A stretch of DNA of 30,539 nucleotides from Actinomycetes bacterium (GTDB taxonomy: Bacteria; Actinomycetota; Aquicultoria; CAJVYJ01), in the NCBI GenBank assembly GCA_030597945.1, contig JAUVQW010000001.1:1-30539 (forward strand). Direction: 5' to 3'. The notes beneath the pieces were generated by a model. The model was not told the origin of the DNA and made no database searches. It was given only the letters and a program-made list of their open reading frames with translations. This document shows positions 29,065 through 30,539 of this stretch, piece after piece. The translations under genes were made by a program, and so were the position numbers. The first letter of the stretch is position 1, and each line of letters starts with the position of its first letter.

Positions 29065-29476
29065 CGATACTCAAATATTCGATCACACCGCAGATACGGG
29101 AATAAAATGTTGGGCCGGGGATCTGGAGAGTGTTTTTGAAAAGATGGCGAAGGCTCTGACTTCTCTTATGACCGATCCGAACAACATATCGATCAAAAAA
29201 GAAAGAGAGATCAAAGTTTCGGCGAGCGATATTCAATCTTTATTGGTCGAATGGTTAAACGAGATAATCTACCTTCTGGAAACAGAAGGTTTTTTATTTA
29301 AGGATTTTAAGATCATCGAAGTCGATGCCTATAAACTAAGAGCCACTGGCTTTGGAGAGAAGTTTTTCGAAGAAAAGCATGTTATAGAGCAAGAGATCAA
29401 GGCCTGCACCTTCCATCTTTTAGAATTAAAGGAGACAGCCGATGGTTGGTTTGGCCAGGTAGTATTAGATATTTGA
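29018..29476 (+). CDS. Archease (RtcB activator)
   Basis: IFDHTAD, LLVEWLNEIIY, C-terminal EIKACTFH...VVLDI. Start uncertain (ATG at 29018, 29024 or 29027); overlaps the gyrA 3' end. Confidence 0.9.
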   Translation: MRMMKGKAKKERKKSNDTQIFDHTADTGIKCWAGDLESVFEKMAKALTSLMTDPNNISIKKEREIKVSASDIQSLLVEWLNEIIYLLETEGFLFKDFKIIEVDAYKLRATGFGEKFFEEKHVIEQEIKACTFHLLELKETADGWFGQVVLDI

Positions 29477-29529
29477 GCGTCATTCGACAAACGGATTTTT
29501 AATCCACATTTATTGGGTAGGTTTTTATT

Positions 29530-30539
29530 ATGATCGAATCGATAGAGAAAATAACAGATGCGATATTTAGGATACCAACATCTTACAGGAAAGGGATGAG
29601 GGTGCCTGGGATCATAATCGCCAGTGATGAGTTGATGGATTCTTCGTTTGATGATAACGCCATCGAACAAGTGGTAAACGTAGCTCATATTCCAGGGATC
29701 GTTAAAGCTTCATTGGCGATGCCAGATATTCATTGGGGGTACGGTTTCCCCATCGGCGGGGTAGCCGCTACCGATCTTGAATCGGGCGTTGTTTCACCCG
29801 GGGGAGTAGGTTACGACATATCATGTGGGGTAAGGTTGCTCCGGACCGACCTAGAAGCGAATGAAGTGGCAAAAAATATCCCCGAACTGATGCATGGACT
29901 TAGCAGAAACATTCCTAAAGGATTGGGGAGAAAGGGACGGATCGCCCTATCTCCAAAAGATATGGAAGCGGTTCTTAAAAGCGGATGTCGTTGGGCGATC
30001 TCGAAAGGCTACGGATGGCAAGAGGATCTGGAGACGATTGAACAAGGCGGAACTTATGATGGAGCGGATCCAAACCTTGTTAGCGATCAAGCAAAAAAAA
30101 GAGGCAAGGACCAGCTAGGCACTATTGGGTCGGGAAACCACTTTGTCGAAATTCAAAGAGTAGATGTGATCTATGATGAAATAAGGGCGCAAATCTTTGG
30201 TGTACATGAGGGACAACTTGTCATCATGGTACATAGCGGATCGAGAGGGTTGGGTCATCAGGTCTGCGGTGACTACATAAAGGAGACGCAGAAGGCGACG
30301 AGCAGGTTAAAGATCGAAATCCCAGATAGGCAATTGGCTTGCGCTCCGTTAAACGACCCGGTTGGCAGGGACTATCTTGCAGCTATGGCCGCGGCTGCTA
30401 ACTATGGTTTGGCCAATCGGCAGTGCATCGCTCACTGGGTAAGAGATACGTTTGAGCGCCACTTCAAAAAAGGGGCAAAAAAATTGGGCATGGATCTTGT
30501 CTACGATGTCTCACATAATATCGCACAGATTGAAGAACA
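29530..30539 (+). CDS. rtcB: RtcB family RNA ligase, archaeal/eukaryote-like (partial, runs off the window)
   Basis: Hand translation from ATG 29530 is open to the window end: MRVPG, MPDIHWGYGFPIGGVAA, SPGGVGYDISCGVR, GTIGSGNHFVEIQ, HSGSRGLGHQV, YDVSHNIA. Not in the ORF track. Confidence 0.95.
   Translation, partial: MIESIEKITDAIFRIPTSYRKGMRVPGIIIASDELMDSSFDDNAIEQVVNVAHIPGIVKASLAMPDIHWGYGFPIGGVAATDLESGVVSPGGVGYDISCGVRLLRTDLEANEVAKNIPELMHGLSRNIPKGLGRKGRIALSPKDMEAVLKSGCRWAISKGYGWQEDLETIEQGGTYDGADPNLVSDQAKKRGKDQLGTIGSGNHFVEIQRVDVIYDEIRAQIFGVHEGQLVIMVHSGSRGLGHQVCGDYIKETQKATSRLKIEIPDRQLACAPLNDPVGRDYLAAMAAAANYGLANRQCIAHWVRDTFERHFKKGAKKLGMDLVYDVSHNIAQIEE

Noticed and set aside
26584-30539. Inteins in GyrA or RtcB; tRNA-Ile/Ala after gyrA
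   Set aside because: The catalytic regions are uninterrupted and of normal length in the sequenced part; no cloverleaf or CCA-ending segment was seen.

Overview
Replication-origin region of a bacterium with moderate-to-low GC. Gene order and protein types suggest a deep-branching Actinomycetota lineage (inference). Genes left of ~20.2 kb are almost all on the - strand: alr (partial), CBS protein, nnr, FG-GAP propeller protein, lipoprotein, acpS, glmS, glmM, ornithine/alanine racemase-like protein, rpsI, rplM, a DrrAB-like ABC exporter, polysaccharide deacetylase, YihY, metallophosphoesterase, PRC-barrel protein, YtxH, ddl-like ligase and a PLP aminotransferase. A short + strand island holds a 5-formyl-THF cyclo-ligase and an ArsR regulator. 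Right of ~20.2 kb all genes are on the + strand: GHKL-ATPase/wHTH gene, dnaA, dnaN, DUF721/DciA, gyrB, a small membrane protein, gyrA (interrupted by one TAA), archease and rtcB (partial). DnaA boxes lie on both sides of the ATPase-wHTH/dnaA pair, and an AT-rich unwinding element sits before dnaN. The two best candidates for an undescribed system are: (1) an ArsR repressor whose only operon partner is an unannotated 20-aa Cys-containing peptide overlapping a foldable RNA and a terminator (12490-12992); (2) a GHKL ATPase without a DHp domain, fused to a wHTH, located inside the origin and coupled to dnaA (20578-21348). No rRNA, tRNA, CRISPR or mobile element was recognised. All protein calls come from motif recognition by eye; no database search was run.
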